A stretch of DNA of 63,205 nucleotides, filler included, from Basidiobolus ranarum (taxonomy: Eukaryota): NCBI GenBank assembly GCA_040143965.1. It is 19 parts of 19 records of this genome, joined end to end, with 100 filler letters (N's around TTAATTAATTAA, not from the genome) between each part and the next. Parts side by side here need not be neighbours in the genome. Positions count along the whole stretch, not along the records: positions 40,032 to 43,259 come from JASJQH010009506.1; positions 43,360 to 46,586 come from JASJQH010009507.1; positions 46,687 to 49,912 come from JASJQH010009508.1; positions 50,013 to 53,236 come from JASJQH010009509.1; 15 more parts are not named here. One strand, given 5' to 3'. Shown here in pieces: positions 40,128 to 53,336 of this stretch. Below the pieces are notes generated by a model. That model did not search any database. It was not told the DNA's origin and saw nothing but the letters and a program-made list of their open reading frames with translations. The first letter of the stretch is position 1. Every line of letters begins with the position of its first letter. Position numbers and translations under genes: made by a program.

Positions 40128-40756
40128 TTTCATCCTTACCCTTACCAGAACATCTATACCCTACCCTCCAGTCTCCAATATCCATTAGTACCGCTCCAGG
40201 CATTTGGAAGGTGTATGAAGCTGTAAATAGCCACCCCAACATTCCTATCTGGCGTAGTTCCCCTTCCTATTAAGTACTCAGCAAGGGAACAAAAAAGATG
40301 TTTATGATCTAAGTTATTGAATATAATTTAAGTTGCAGTTATCTGTAGGTTTTGAGAGCTAGGTGCATTCAAAGAGATTTCCCACACTTTGAGCGTAATA
40401 GACTACACCAACCTAACAGCTATAAGATTGGAAACGTTTATAACGAATATGATGTAAAAGCTAAGAATCAGAAGAGATGTAATTGACTGCAAGTACTCCA
40501 ATCCAACTACACGCACGATTAAAATAGAAGTCAGCAGTAGAGGCAAGCCTTTCACATAGTAGCCAAGTTAATTAAAACCCACGGGATTATTAGATGGATG
40601 AGTAAGCATAAAGTTTAGTGCGATATTGATATAAGCAGTACTCCTCTTCTCTCAATGCTATATATTATACTCTTGAACACGTTGAGACAATACTTCACAT
40701 TGGTATAAAAGCTGACTGCTCTCTATTTGTATTCTCCATCGAAAACTTGACTCATC

Positions 40757-41173
40757 ATGAAGTATTTCTCTCTTATTTTCATTCTTTCAGTCATCGCCCT
40801 AGCATCCGGCTTGGTGGATATTCGATCCAGACAATCAATACTGAGTAAGCGACAAATGTGACTTTTACTGACCATTAACTGATTACTTCTTTGGTAAATT
40901 GCAGGACTTAAAAATACCCGTAATAATGCTGTTATACAACTTCCCTTCCCTCTAGGAAGATGTGAGCGCGTGGACTTTGAGCCAGTTAATAGAGCTCGTG
41001 TTACCCCAGGACGCTCAGTTCGCTTCGTAGAAGCAGTTTTGTATCGTTCGCTATCTGACTGCTTCCGTAAACTGGAGCCTATTGCCTTGGTTCCATCCAA
41101 TCGTCGAGGTGTATCTATTGAACGTAGAGGTAGAGCTGTAAACGTAGGTGCAGTCTTCATTTCGCAACGTTAA
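40757..41173 (+). CDS. Small secreted Arg-rich protein, 118 aa, two exons (40757-40844, 40905-41173)
   Basis: TATAAAA at 40704; signal peptide MKYFSLIFILSVIALASG; 60-nt GTAAGC...TGCAG intron with a TACTGAC branch-like site joins in frame to ORF 40970-41173; two Cys. Confidence 0.8.
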
Positions 41174-42922
41174 CTCCATATGATGTGGAATTAGCCTGAT
41201 AGCAGAAATTACAAGTGATCCCAATGAAATAAAGATCATATTGATTTTACAGAATCAAGCTCTTATTTATCTATGCACCAAGGCCATTATTATTTAGAGC
41301 GGAATTAAAGGATTCAAAGTGGAGATTTTGAAAATTCATCTCAAGTTAATTTAAGGGGAGTAAATAAGGGTCTATATGTTGAATTATCACTATATAGCTT
41401 GTCCCAGCTAACCCAGCACCATTCTGCACAGCAATGCGGCTCCATTACCTATTGAAAGTTTTGGGTGATTATAGAATATCATATGAATTGCGTACCTTTG
41501 GAATAGGATTTTCTTGTATAAAAGTTCCTTTCATGAGCATCAAAACATAGTGCTCTTGGTGTTGTGGAACTAAGCTATTGACCACAGTAACTAACGAAAC
41601 GCCTTTTAGCTCCAAGCCAGTTTCTTCATACGTTTCGCCTGTTTGTGAGTAAAGAGTAAGACATTAAACTTTGAATATATAAGGACAGAGGTCTGTATAA
41701 TTCGTACGAATAGCACTGGCTTGGAAACTTTCGCCAAATTCTAAAACGCCCATAATAAGTTTGAATGTATACTGTTCATATCTAAGAAAGTACTTGAGTA
41801 ACTTTGAAAAAAAACTTACCACCATGAATCTGCCACTCACCAAAACCTATCTTGCCAGGCTCTATTCTCGTACCAACAAGAAACTTCCCAGTTGTAGGAT
41901 GACTTACAAAGGCACCGATACCAATTTCAATTGTGGAAGCTAGTGGAGCTATTAGCTCGAATAAGACTGGTTGGATATTTCAACTTGTTTATCAGAGCAC
42001 TCATTGCTTAGTGCAATTTTCAAGCTCACATATCTTCCACACCTATATATTATTCTATTACTGGAGATATTGAGAGTATCAGGAGGGTTATTTATCCTAC
42101 AGTGAGAGAAATAACTAAAATGGATGATAAATATGTCAAAGATTACAACTGAGGAATATTCCGTCCAATTCAAACCTTGGATGGAACTCTTTGTGGTACT
42201 ACCATGTATTTATGTCTAGGAGCAAGAATATCAGGTTGATCTAGGCATGTGATTATTGCAGGAGATCAATGCATGATCTCTGTTGATGACAAATATAAAT
42301 ACAAAGGAGATAATGTAACTTCTAACTCAGCCTCTATTTATAGACATCATAATACAATACATGACTTGAGAATAGTAGTGCTAACAGGATTTGTGAAGTC
42401 AATATTAGTAGTAGGCTTCTTTATCTTCATAATGGCCGTATATACGGCTGAAGCCAATGTGTTCATATCTAAACATTTAGTTAGTGATATAGCATCATGA
42501 TTTCTTCGAAGACAAAGATTGTTTCAGTAATGATAATATTGATGAGACTGGCAGACTGATCGGAATGCTTAAAATCGCTACTGTTATCTGATTAATATCA
42601 ATAAACATCTATGTTTTTGCCGGTCAAGTCTGAGCACTGTACATATATGCATTGAATAGTTGCTCATTATCCTGGAACTGAAACATTCGAGATAAACAGC
42701 TAGGCATCCATGTACTGAAATTAATACCAGAGACAAACAAATCAACATACGTTTTTTTGCAGATCAACAACATATACTTTTTTGCTGATTAAGAGCATAA
42801 AAAACGAGAGACTGCATCTAACAATCGGGATTTCCACATCAACCCGCATTGATCTACATTTTCTCCTTTCGTTAAATAGTGCGATCACTTTGATTTGAAT
42901 TCATCCAACAATTATCTCAACG

Positions 42923-43259
42923 ATGAAATACTCTACTGCTCAACTATTGCTTGTTCTCTCTGCAGTTTTAGCTATAAATGCTAGTGTAACTGAACGGTCC
43001 TACGATCCAAGCTATAACGGAGTAGGATATGGTGGCTCAGGTGGAGGAAGAACAAACAAATACGGAAGTGGTGGTGGACATGATGATTACGATGAATACG
43101 ATGGTGATGGCCATGGAAGAGGGAAAAAGTACGGCGGTAATGGCGATGGTGAGTATTTTGATGATGAATATGATGGACATGTAGGAGGAAGAGTAAGTAA
43201 ATACGGCGGTGGTGGTGGTGACTACGATGATGATGAATATGATGGACATGGTAATGGTG
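42923..43259 (+). CDS. Secreted Gly/Asp/Tyr-rich repeat protein, 3' truncated
   Basis: Signal peptide MKYSTAQLLLVLSAVLAINA; three repeats of about 20 aa of the form KYGGGGG..DDEYDG.G.GR. Confidence 0.85.
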
Positions 43260-44656
43260 NNNNNNNNNNNNNNNNNNNNNNNNNNNNNNNNNNNNNNNNN
43301 NNNTTAATTAATTAANNNNNNNNNNNNNNNNNNNNNNNNNNNNNNNNNNNNNNNNNNNNGCACTCGGCAAAATATGGCACTGCAATGGCAATTAACTCAA
43401 TTTACACCACCGACAATCCAATGGGATTCTTCTCCAGGCGGTGAATCCTCTTAAATTGGCACTTCACCCTCCTTGTTGATCATTGTTCTATTATGCTACA
43501 TATGAGTATACAGTGTGCCCGCATAGCCAGCGCCACTCTGCTTTTCCTTCCACTTGCAGCAATTCCATAAGAGAATCTAAGGAAATCTTGGATTACGTGG
43601 GTGTTGGGACGCGTGGTCACCTTCTTGTCAACATGATACTCCTGGTTTCTTCGGTCCAAATCGCTGTTTACATCCAATTTATCATTGAAAGCCGAATTTT
43701 GGCTTGGAATTAAATTGAGGAACCCACAGATTCTGAACATGTACTCTGCTAATTAGAGAGTATTTGGGCGTCTAGTAAAACACTGCTCTGTATTGCCAAC
43801 AATAATAATGATTCATATTAGAAGTTCTAGTACCTCGGGATTGGGCGGGGTCCGTTCGATCTGGCGCAGTAAGCAAGGTGGTTGAAAACGATCAAGACAG
43901 TCTCTTTGCCTGGTGCGATCATGCAGAAAAAGGATTTAAACGCAACTATCGATTGGTTCAGTAGCCTCTTTTTAGGGCTAGAGACACTCGACCGAAACCG
44001 TGGCTCATCTTGCTGACATCTTCCCATAACAGGTGAGTGAGGAGAATAGCTCGCATTTGAGAGATGCTATGCTAACTTAGTGTAGCACTAGTCGTTCTAG
44101 CTCTGGGTGTTTTCGCTTGGTGATATCTTCAATTCAATACAACGCTATCTGATTGAAGCTTTGTGAAAGGGAGAGCAATATTAACCCAGCGCTTGGGTTG
44201 AAACCATTTAATATAATGAGGTGCCGGCTACTCCTACTGGGTAATCGAGAGTTTCTTCTTTGATTTTCAGTTAGGATGTATCTAGTTGAATCAAGGTTTC
44301 AAAATCGATTCTTTTATATCTTCTTAACACGCGAGGACGTGTAAAGTAAGTTACCTAAGAAAACACACTTAATGAACTAACACTTGTTCATGTAAAATTC
44401 TCATCTCTTCATACTGGGGGTTCTATTTTCTTGTTGGAATAATAAAACTCTTCTACAGGTCGAAGATCTCTTAAACGGCCCATGACTCAAAGTGTTTGTC
44501 AAGTTCGTTGTGCTAAGGCAAATATTAATAGGAAATATTGAATTGATTCTTACAGTCTAACGTTTCAATTACTGGAAAAAATCGTGTTTATACTAGAAAC
44601 ATAAAGGTAATAACAGCATAGTGGGTTGTTTTTAAAAAATCAATATGACACTTGGG

Positions 44657-45209
44657 TTAGGCCCGAGACTTTCCTTTATTGTTCGTAAAGGAGTAATCAT
44701 CTGAATCGCTTTGCTCTTCTTCGTACTCATCCAATTCCAACTCTTCTAAAGGTTCAGGTTCAACAACCTTCACCGTCTCCCATTGTCCTATAAAAGTAAG
44801 CGTAATAATAGTTGGTTACTTGATTAAATTCAGGAAAAGCTTGGAAATGCAAATTAACATGTACCATCAATGCAAAAAGTAGCAAACAAGATTTGGTCGT
44901 CCTCCAACTCAAGTTGTATAACAGTTTTGTTGTCAGGTAGGATTTCGTAAGAAGTTGAATTTGGCTTGTTTCCTTTTGAATAGAGTCTTATCTCTTGAGG
45001 ACTTTTAGGATCTTTCAAACATTTTCCAATTTTTTCTTTTACTTTCTCTACTGTATCTTTTCCTTCAGCTTCTACAAAAACTGTGACTTTCTTGTACTTG
45101 ACACGAAAGCAGAAATTATCCTAAGGGTAATTTGGTGTTTAAAGTTCATATTATACTTAGTCTTGCACGAGAAGATTGCGCTCTTGCTAATGTCAGAATA
45201 TCTTACCAT
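44657..45209 (-). CDS. ELOB: Elongin B-like ubiquitin-fold protein, 129 aa, three exons (45209-45207, 45120-44865, 44787-44657)
   Basis: Splicing two GT-AG introns (86 and 77 nt) gives M-DNFCFRVKYKKVTVFVEAEGKDTVEKVKEKIGKCLKDPKSPQEIRLY...LPDNKTVIQLEL...G-QWETVKVVEPEP plus an acidic tail; resembles Elongin B ([24 protein letters not shown]...PPDEQRLY). Confidence 0.78.
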
Positions 45210-46686
45210 GTTTATGGGATTATTTTGTTACCACGTTATGATGTTTCCTTGTTTCTAAAGCTGACTCAAGGTGCTAGTTACTTTTGTGATGCAATTAAAT
45301 CACGTGCTTCCATGGTAGAAAAACTTCTCAGCCAACTTTGCATCAAAATAACGAGTATATATTGATTAGTCGTGAAATTTAGGCGACTTTACTGACAAAA
45401 TACGTAGATTGATTACGAGTACACCTCATCTTTGATTTGAATATGGGATAAATATACAATGGTTCAGATTCCACATCAGCTACTATTTGATAGATGTTTT
45501 ATCGTTGCCTGTCATTCCATTAATCCACCTCCCCTAAATTTATGGCATAACACAATCTCAACCTGATAACCAGATATAAGCAGCATTTAAATAGCAACAC
45601 CACCTCATATTACAAGTGTTCCACTACCACGAACTGCTGTACAGGCGTTGAGGATAATGTTGCGGTCGCTTTTATAATAACTATTTCCCCTTGGTTCATT
45701 TTTACGGATGAAATTCAATGAACAAAATTGAGTTTGTTGACATCAATTTGCACTAAATATTGTTTAGTATCTGATAACATGTGATGGACATGGTTTAGCC
45801 CAACTTACCAGTCACAATGATGTACCAATCTAGTCATTGCTGGAGACTTGCCCTCGATATTCGATTGATTCCGTGGTGTGGATTGAAGTGCAACTCTGGA
45901 AATGATCAATAGCAACACTCAATAGATTTATCGTGACAGATCCCGGAATGGGATGCTCGTCTACTTGGTTCTTTGATATAAACATTCCCGTGTAGTTATC
46001 TAACATTACGAACACTGCTAATAAAAGAGTTTCTAATGTTAGTAATGAAACTAAATACTATCTTATTGCCAACACTTGAACTTGTCCTCGCTCGGACTCC
46101 ACTTGAAGTAGCATCAATGGCTCTGCGCCCATGATTTTATTATCACAAACCTCGCACTGGTCTGGTGCACTTGATCACATAAAATACTCAGAACTAGCTC
46201 CAAGAAAGGGTGTTATCATTCATATGATCCAATTACGTACTGTTTTGGTTCAAGATGGATTGTAGACCGACCAACCGCGCTATTGGAGACTGAGTCTTAA
46301 AATGGCACGAGATACAGGGTAAAGCTTAGCCAAGGCTATCAAGATTTGACGATATAGACTCAATGAAGTCACGGTTCACTTGGCATCGTTTAGGATTCAA
46401 CCCGTTAATGATTGCTAATTGGCTATGTTATTTTTGGTCATTTTGAAATTGAAAGTGCATGTGGCATCATCCGCTATCCCCCGAGTTTCAAATAGTTACT
46501 TGAAAAATTAAACAAGCATTTTATTTACAGACAGAAGTTAAGATAATATTAAATGTCATCATCTGGCTGCTTAGTGTGGAAAGATGNNNNNNNNNNNNNN
46601 NNNNNNNNNNNNNNNNNNNNNNNNNNNNNNTTAATTAATTAANNNNNNNNNNNNNNNNNNNNNNNNNNNNNNNNNNNNNNNNNNNN

Positions 46687-47935
46687 ACCCGATTCGTCCT
46701 CTGCTGGTAACGGACGGGTCTGCCGCCTGTTGGGGGAAAGGGGTTGGTTCAGTGGCCAGTGGCCGATGAGTCCATCTGACCTTTCAGTATGAGATAAGAT
46801 GCGACATGATTGAGGTCTTGGATCTGGCTTCCCGTCCAACAGAAAAGGTCGTAGCTGACAATAAAGGCTGTTATCGATCTCCATGATTACGTTCTCATCT
46901 ATGTCTTTCATCAGGTTTTTGTTGGCAGCGGACTCCCAGATATGAGTGCCGAGGTTGGCAGAGAAATCATATGTCTTTTCAAGATACAAAGTGCGCAAAC
47001 CCTCACTATCCCATAGGGGCCAGAAATATGCAGAGTGATTTAAAACAGTGATTTCGTTTGAGAAATATGGAGCCAATTTTCCTGGCAGGACCACAGAATG
47101 ATAATTCCAGTCACCATCGAAGGATCTATACGTCTGATACCATCTTTGAATAAAGTTGGAATGAGGCCTAGCCATCATCATAGCATTACATAAGCCTACT
47201 GAACCATCTAACCGAGGCAAAAGAAAGTATTAAATAAACGAAAACCTTTAAAAAAAAGCCAAATGTAACGTTACCTACACCTTCCTGAGCCATAACGAAC
47301 TCACGATCAAGCAAATGATCTATTGGCTTTAAGGAAATCAAATCGAGGTCCAAATAGATTCCACCATATTCCTCCAAAACTTGCAAACGAACAACGTCGG
47401 CCTTATGAGCATAATGTTGTACTGGCCTATCGAAAACATTCTGCACCATAGGCACTTTGTGTAACGTGAGCATAGGACGTGCTCTCTCAAAATTGGCACC
47501 CACGGGCAAATGGTGGTAGTGAAACATGATCTTGTCTGGTTTCAAGACGTCATGCGCTGATTTGATTGCAATGTAGTGGATTAGGTCGAGTGTCGGGTTG
47601 GGATCTCTTAATCCATATATGAAGTGCACAACTTTGGGAATACGAGCACCCACCGGAACAAGGTCGGTTTCACGGGCGATCTTCAGTTCTTTCAAGCCTT
47701 TGGCATTGTCTGATGATGGCCAGTCTAATGTAATCTCTAACCATTTTGAAGTTGTCTGAGTGCTAGTGAATGAATTGGATTTGAAGATTGCGAATGGGTT
47801 AAACCAGTAGAGTAAGAAGAATAGAGTTACTGTGATCAATGCGCCTCTCATCAATATCCTCCTTCTCTGCTTTGGTGACTTCTTTGAATAAGTCTTATAA
47901 AAAGGCAATTTGCTGTCACTTTTTTTGTTGAGCAT
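46687..47935 (-). CDS. Type II membrane GT32 (DXD) glycosyltransferase, intron at 47208-47274, 3' truncated
   Basis: Basic tail plus transmembrane segment, IPKVVHF, AHKADVVRL...YGGIYLDLD; a GTAACG...TAG intron joins QEGV-D-GSVGLCNA; GLIGHWPL near the edge suggests a following LamG-like domain. Confidence 0.9.
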
Positions 47936-50012
47936 GTTTCACAAGTACATTGAATCTATGCAAGAGATAACCAGTCTTTTAGTATTGATGGAAAGAGAAA
48001 AAAATATAGAAAATTAGAGCTCAGATTTTTTTCTGGGAGAAAGATCTGATTTATACAATTGAATTGTGTACTCGTTTTTAGGCCAAATGAGGATATTTTA
48101 TCAGCAGTCTTAAGCTATCTCTAGTGGGCCATTTTTGGAAAGCAGAACTGTATGAGAACAATCCGTGACTGTTATTAAAAAGGTACGCGGATCCACACTT
48201 GTATCCAGAGTGTTTGGAAACCATTTTTGAAGAAGGATATAAAGGTCAGTATCATTCATGGTTGGGTCAGTATCATTCATGGTTGGTTTTGAAAACTATA
48301 GTTTCGTTAAACATCATTACATTGGTTCAGTAGTAGATACATTGACGAAGATTTGCAAAAGCTCATTAGGAACTCTATCTTTCTCTCAGACTTGAAAAAT
48401 AAAGGCTACCAATAGTCAAAAGATGTACTTTCCCATGAGCTAAGTACTATGCGGCTCCAGTATAGTCCAAAACTTAGTATACCTATCAGCCCTTACATAT
48501 AATATTTTACTATCTATCTTTTTGGCTAACCCGGTGTGACGGTTTGACCTTATTGTCACCAAAGGTAAGTAGTTTAGGAATGCTAGGACAAGAGTCTTCT
48601 TTTCGGTACATTTGTGACTTGAGGTTTTATTTAAACCAATCATTTTACCACAACGACCTTCTTTTCCCTTTCCCTTTTCTAACGGAAAAAAGAAGAAGCA
48701 GAAGACACGTGCTTCGAATCGTTTGTATCAAGTTCCCAGCATCAAAAGAGTTTGACTAATCAAAAGGTAAACTGTTGTATTAGAAGTTTTTTGGACATAG
48801 AGTGATGGTGGTTGCACATCTAGGCTCAAGCCACAGGGAAAAGAACCCTTGATCCTGGGGATTCGCATTGATGCCGAATCCTCCAACTATATTGCATGAA
48901 TGGCCTTGGATCATGCACACTTCGTAAAACTCAACCACATCTTTGGGCTATTCTTAAGTAACCCGCTTCTATTTTGAATAGATCAAACATCTACAAGCAC
49001 TACGGATTACTTTGTAAAGTTGATCTAAATTTGTAGCGCTATATATTCAGTTTTTGGCCATTGTATCTGTCTTTAACCCTGCCTCTGTACTACGGTTACT
49101 AGTTGATATAAAAATTCTTTTTAATGTGTATACTATTTGGGCATATCACTGTTGATATGGAATTCCGAATTATTTCTCACCTGATTGGTTTTCGGCACCA
49201 TACAAATGATATTTAGTGAGCTATAGATTGCACGTGACAAGAAAAGATTCCTCGCTAAGGTAGTGCTTTGTACTTGGTCTAGAAGTTTGATTCAATACAT
49301 TTCAAACCTTGTACCAACTTTAGAAGTTCAATCGGATAGCATCGGACTATGCGTCATTCTTTATCCTTCAGCCCATATCCTATCACTGTAACTTTATCAT
49401 TTACCAAGTAGAAGCTTACTCTTGGAGATTCTGAATGCCATCTTGATAAACATAGATATCATTTATATTCAGGGACGGAATTTGAGCCTAAATAATCAAT
49501 TATTGCGCCGAAACTCTAGCACCAGAATTCTTTATGCATTCTGATGATTGAATAATTCTTGAGATATGCCAGCTTAGGATACAGAGTGACCCAATAGTGA
49601 ATCAATGAGTGACTGAGAAGTATACCTTCTCAAGAAAATGCTAAAGTATTACTACTAGTCCATCTTCAATAATATGTATTATAGTTGAATTTCCATCATG
49701 AGTATGCTTAAATTAGTATTTTGTTACTTATTAGTGACAAGTTTACCCTCTGAATCACTCACAACTTCACGAAGTTTGTGCTAATGCCTTGATGAAAACT
49801 TAATTGGTATCTATTCTATAATACAAGTGCACAATTAACCTCACTCCCAAAAATTGGAAACACATAATGGTAGGAAAGCTTAAAATTAATTCAATTTCCC
49901 AATGCTTTATTGNNNNNNNNNNNNNNNNNNNNNNNNNNNNNNNNNNNNNNNNNNNNTTAATTAATTAANNNNNNNNNNNNNNNNNNNNNNNNNNNNNNNN
50001 NNNNNNNNNNNN

Positions 50013-50120
50013 TTAGAGCAATAAACACACGTTTTTGAATGACAGAATTGAGTACTAAATAATCAGAATATGAATAAACTAACTACTAAATAATGAGTTG
50101 CTATTTACCTAATTTCAACA
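50013..50120 (-). repeat. Partial LTR of copia family 4
   Basis: Reverse complement of about 55106-55182 with a short indel. Confidence 0.75.
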
Positions 50121-50124
50121 ATGT

Positions 50125-51030
50125 GGGTATTCAATACATTCCCTACTGCATCATGCATAATGCTTAGAGATTATAGGCCCTTGCTATATATGCTGGGAGT
50201 TCTCAATGGAGTGCACCAGCAGTGAAATGATGCTCCATGCAAAATTGTCAGTATTAGCATATGCTAATCTGATTTACAATGTATCAGCAAAATGAGAGAT
50301 GTATGTTGTTTGATGGATTAAGAAGACTCCAGAGTATACTAACCTTCCAACAAAAGGCTCTTTTCAATGTACTCATAGGTTTTGGCATAACATGAGCATT
50401 ATAACAGCAACAACACTTAATCCATGGACAGAGAATAAGTACTTCTATAATTTGCACCAACTTGTTTGTGTGATAATCCAATGGTCTTTCTAGGAAACCT
50501 GAAAAGACACACTTCTTGGTGAGATTGATCAAGAGGCACAGCATTATTGTTTTAGCTTTTAGGTATTCTATTCAATCAATGACACATCTACTTGTGGCAG
50601 GATATTTGTTGACTGCAACTTGGCAACATTTTAGCTGAGTTCCTTATGGCAATTTGCTAAAATCCTAGAGCCTATTCTCTTGTGAAAGGTTACAAGAGTC
50701 AGCCATTTGCCAAGTGTCAGTGCTATCCAAAATTTAAGATGTTTAACAATTTTCTACCATTAGTTTGCAGGTAAGGTATACCAATGTTGTTGAGTTAGTT
50801 CTGATCAGTCAAGTATATGCAAATGTAGGGACTAAACACAGTAAGATTCTTGAATTTTTGATTTTCATCATGGCTGGAATACAAAGCCTAAAATATCCAA
50901 ATAAGGGCATTTGTATTAATTTGAATTCCTTTAGCAGTAAACTCAGTAATTTGCTATTTGAAAATTAGGTTTTTGCAAAAATTGTTGGAAATTAAGCAAT
51001 GCATGCCAAATATGAGGCTTGATATTTAAC
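50125..51030 (+). mobile_element. CACTA transposase C-terminal region, degenerate
   Basis: IHSLLHHA.CLEIIGPCYICWEFSME; collinear with 59040-59883 on the minus strand. Confidence 0.8.
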
Positions 51031-52339
51031 CATTTATGAGGTCCTGTGCAGTGTCCAAAGGGTGCAAATCCATGGTTGATTAACCCTGGAATGTACTCTA
51101 ATAGACAAGTTCCATTGGACCAGGCCAGATTATGCTGCTTGATCCAGCCTGCTGTCACACTATCTGGCAAAATCTGTCAGTTACCATGGCTAGGTCATAT
51201 AACACTCAATTGAACAATATAACCAATAATATGGTGCCATCCAATGACAATTGGACACAACAATTTGTTTGGAGATGTTTTACCAGCTGGTACCAAGTTA
51301 CCCAGTTTAGTACTGTCAAATCAAGATTTTAGATGACAGATAAAGCAAGTTAATCCCCTAGTTTATAACTTATCAACTATTGAAAGTGTAACTGTGATCA
51401 ATTTATACTGACATTATGAACATCAGTAGTTTTGGCACACTGGTGGCAACTCACAGCATTGGATGATGAACCAAACTGCCATATGATAATATTGATAAAA
51501 ACTGCTTGATGCAACATTTTTAGATCAGCAAATTGTTCATTCAATTATGTAAGCTTCTAGTTGAGCAAGATTGTGAATGGATTGAGCCATATCACACCAA
51601 TATGACTGCACAAACTTTTTATTGACAAACATTTTGAATTCATTTGTAGTGCAATTGCTTTATTTAATAAGATATCATGGATTCTTTGAAATATGACAAT
51701 CTTACACTATCAGTGTTTCTTAAAGACAAAAGCAATCATGATCCAACGGAAGCAATTTATGCTATATTTAACTGCAATCTGTTTGAATTATGCATGATAT
51801 GCTATGCAGTAAAGATACATTAATGCAAGTATTTACAAGAGGGTTCAGCAGTTACCCATGTTTGAAGTGATACATGCTGATTTGCTTGTGTTACTTTTGT
51901 TGCCTCCTTGATGTGTCCACAAATAGAACTTTGCTTGAACAACTATTCTGGGTTGGTTAGTTTGATCCTGCCAAAGTTCCTCTTCCTTGGCTAGCATACC
52001 TTTTGACCACCCATGACCTGTGTAGCATGGCAGAAAGCATCCAAACATATCATCTACCTTAAGGTTTGTGTTTGACTGTTGTAGCTTCTTCAAGCTCAGT
52101 AAAACCTTCACTTTCTCTCCCAAACACCTGTTGTCTTGGTCTCCTGGAAGTATGCATTGTAATGGATTGCCATCTTGGCAGTTTGCTCTCAGATGTCAGA
52201 TCTTCATCTAACAAAGTAGAAGGTTCAACAATTCTGGCAGCTTGCCTTTGTTGCTGTTATGTGGCAGTATGTGTTACACCTTAGTATTCTCCTGCTTTGT
52301 AGCCTCTTGTCTCTTATTCTGACCATTGTCCAGTTCCTT

Positions 52340-53236
52340 ATCCTGACATGTTTATTGGGCACTCCCAGAATGTATATCCAGGGTAACTTCTTTGCCTTTC
52401 TTGCTAAACTGGAAAGCTAAATTTGGAAATACAGGCAAGTAGAGAACTTTATCCACCAAGCTTAGTGCACTAAAACAAGGATCAAATCCTACATCTACTT
52501 ATACTGCCAAAATTTGCCTTGTTGCCTGTGATCTCATTTTGAGAAAATCTGATCTGATCAGCTAGCTCCAATATGGACTTCAAGAGAACATTCAGGAACT
52601 TTAACTCACTATGGCTGCCCAGTGATCTTGACTCATCCTATAACTCAGGCAGTCAATTGTGACAACCTGGAAAACTCATGGCTCACAAAAGACAACACAG
52701 TAATGAACTGGAAGAACAAGATCATGACATTCAAGCAAGCTCTACCTCCTAGTCCATATTTGCCAATCTGCAAAGTATCCAATGTATCCTCACTCAGAAT
52801 CCTCAAAACAGCTATGAAGCCAATATCTATAGACAATGATGCTGAGGAGCTGCAGCCAACTAAATCTATAGTCTCTACATTCCCACCCACATGCTTTGCA
52901 TTCAATGATATTGTTGACAAGAAGAAATCCAACAAACTCCTAACCCAATGCCCTTACAAATACTCTATTGATCTACAAGAAGGAAAACAATCACTGATTG
53001 GGTCTATCTGTAGGCTCCCCAGCTAGAAATCAACATTCGGTAAGAGCATATAGTAGATCATCTGGAGAGGCAATTTATCTAGCATTTGAAGTCTCCAGCA
53101 GGCTCTGCAATCACATTTCTTAAGAAAAAAAATTGATCCCTCCATCTCTGTCTTGACTATCAAGGGCTGAATAGCATTACAGTCAAAAATTGATACCCCC
53201 TGCCACTAATTGTGCACTGTTAGATCAGCTTGCTTT
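52340..53236 (+). mobile_element. Degenerate Ty3/gypsy gag and start of RT, internally deleted
   Basis: Gag-like LKQGS...YTAK; RT N-terminal motifs SPAGSAITF and LCLDYQGLNSITVKN.YPLPLI. Confidence 0.82.
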
Positions 53237-53336
53237 NNNNNNNNNNNNNNNNNNNNNNNNNNNNNNNNNNNNNNNNNNNNTTAATTAATTAANNNNNNNN
53301 NNNNNNNNNNNNNNNNNNNNNNNNNNNNNNNNNNNN

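Noticed and set aside
40723-41160. 145-aa minus-strand ORF
   Set aside because: Antisense to the spliced secreted-protein gene, which has the TATA box, signal peptide and intron signals.
43360-44050. Short ORFs with splice-like signals and normal CpG content
   Set aside because: No consistent spliced reading frame could be built.
48243-48287. Perfect 21-bp tandem duplication GGTCAGTATCATTCATGGTTG upstream of the GT32 gene
   Set aside because: Only two copies; most simply a local slippage event.
51030-52340. CpG-depleted segment with Cys/His-containing ORF pieces
   Set aside because: Could be another DNA transposon, but I could not assign a family by eye.
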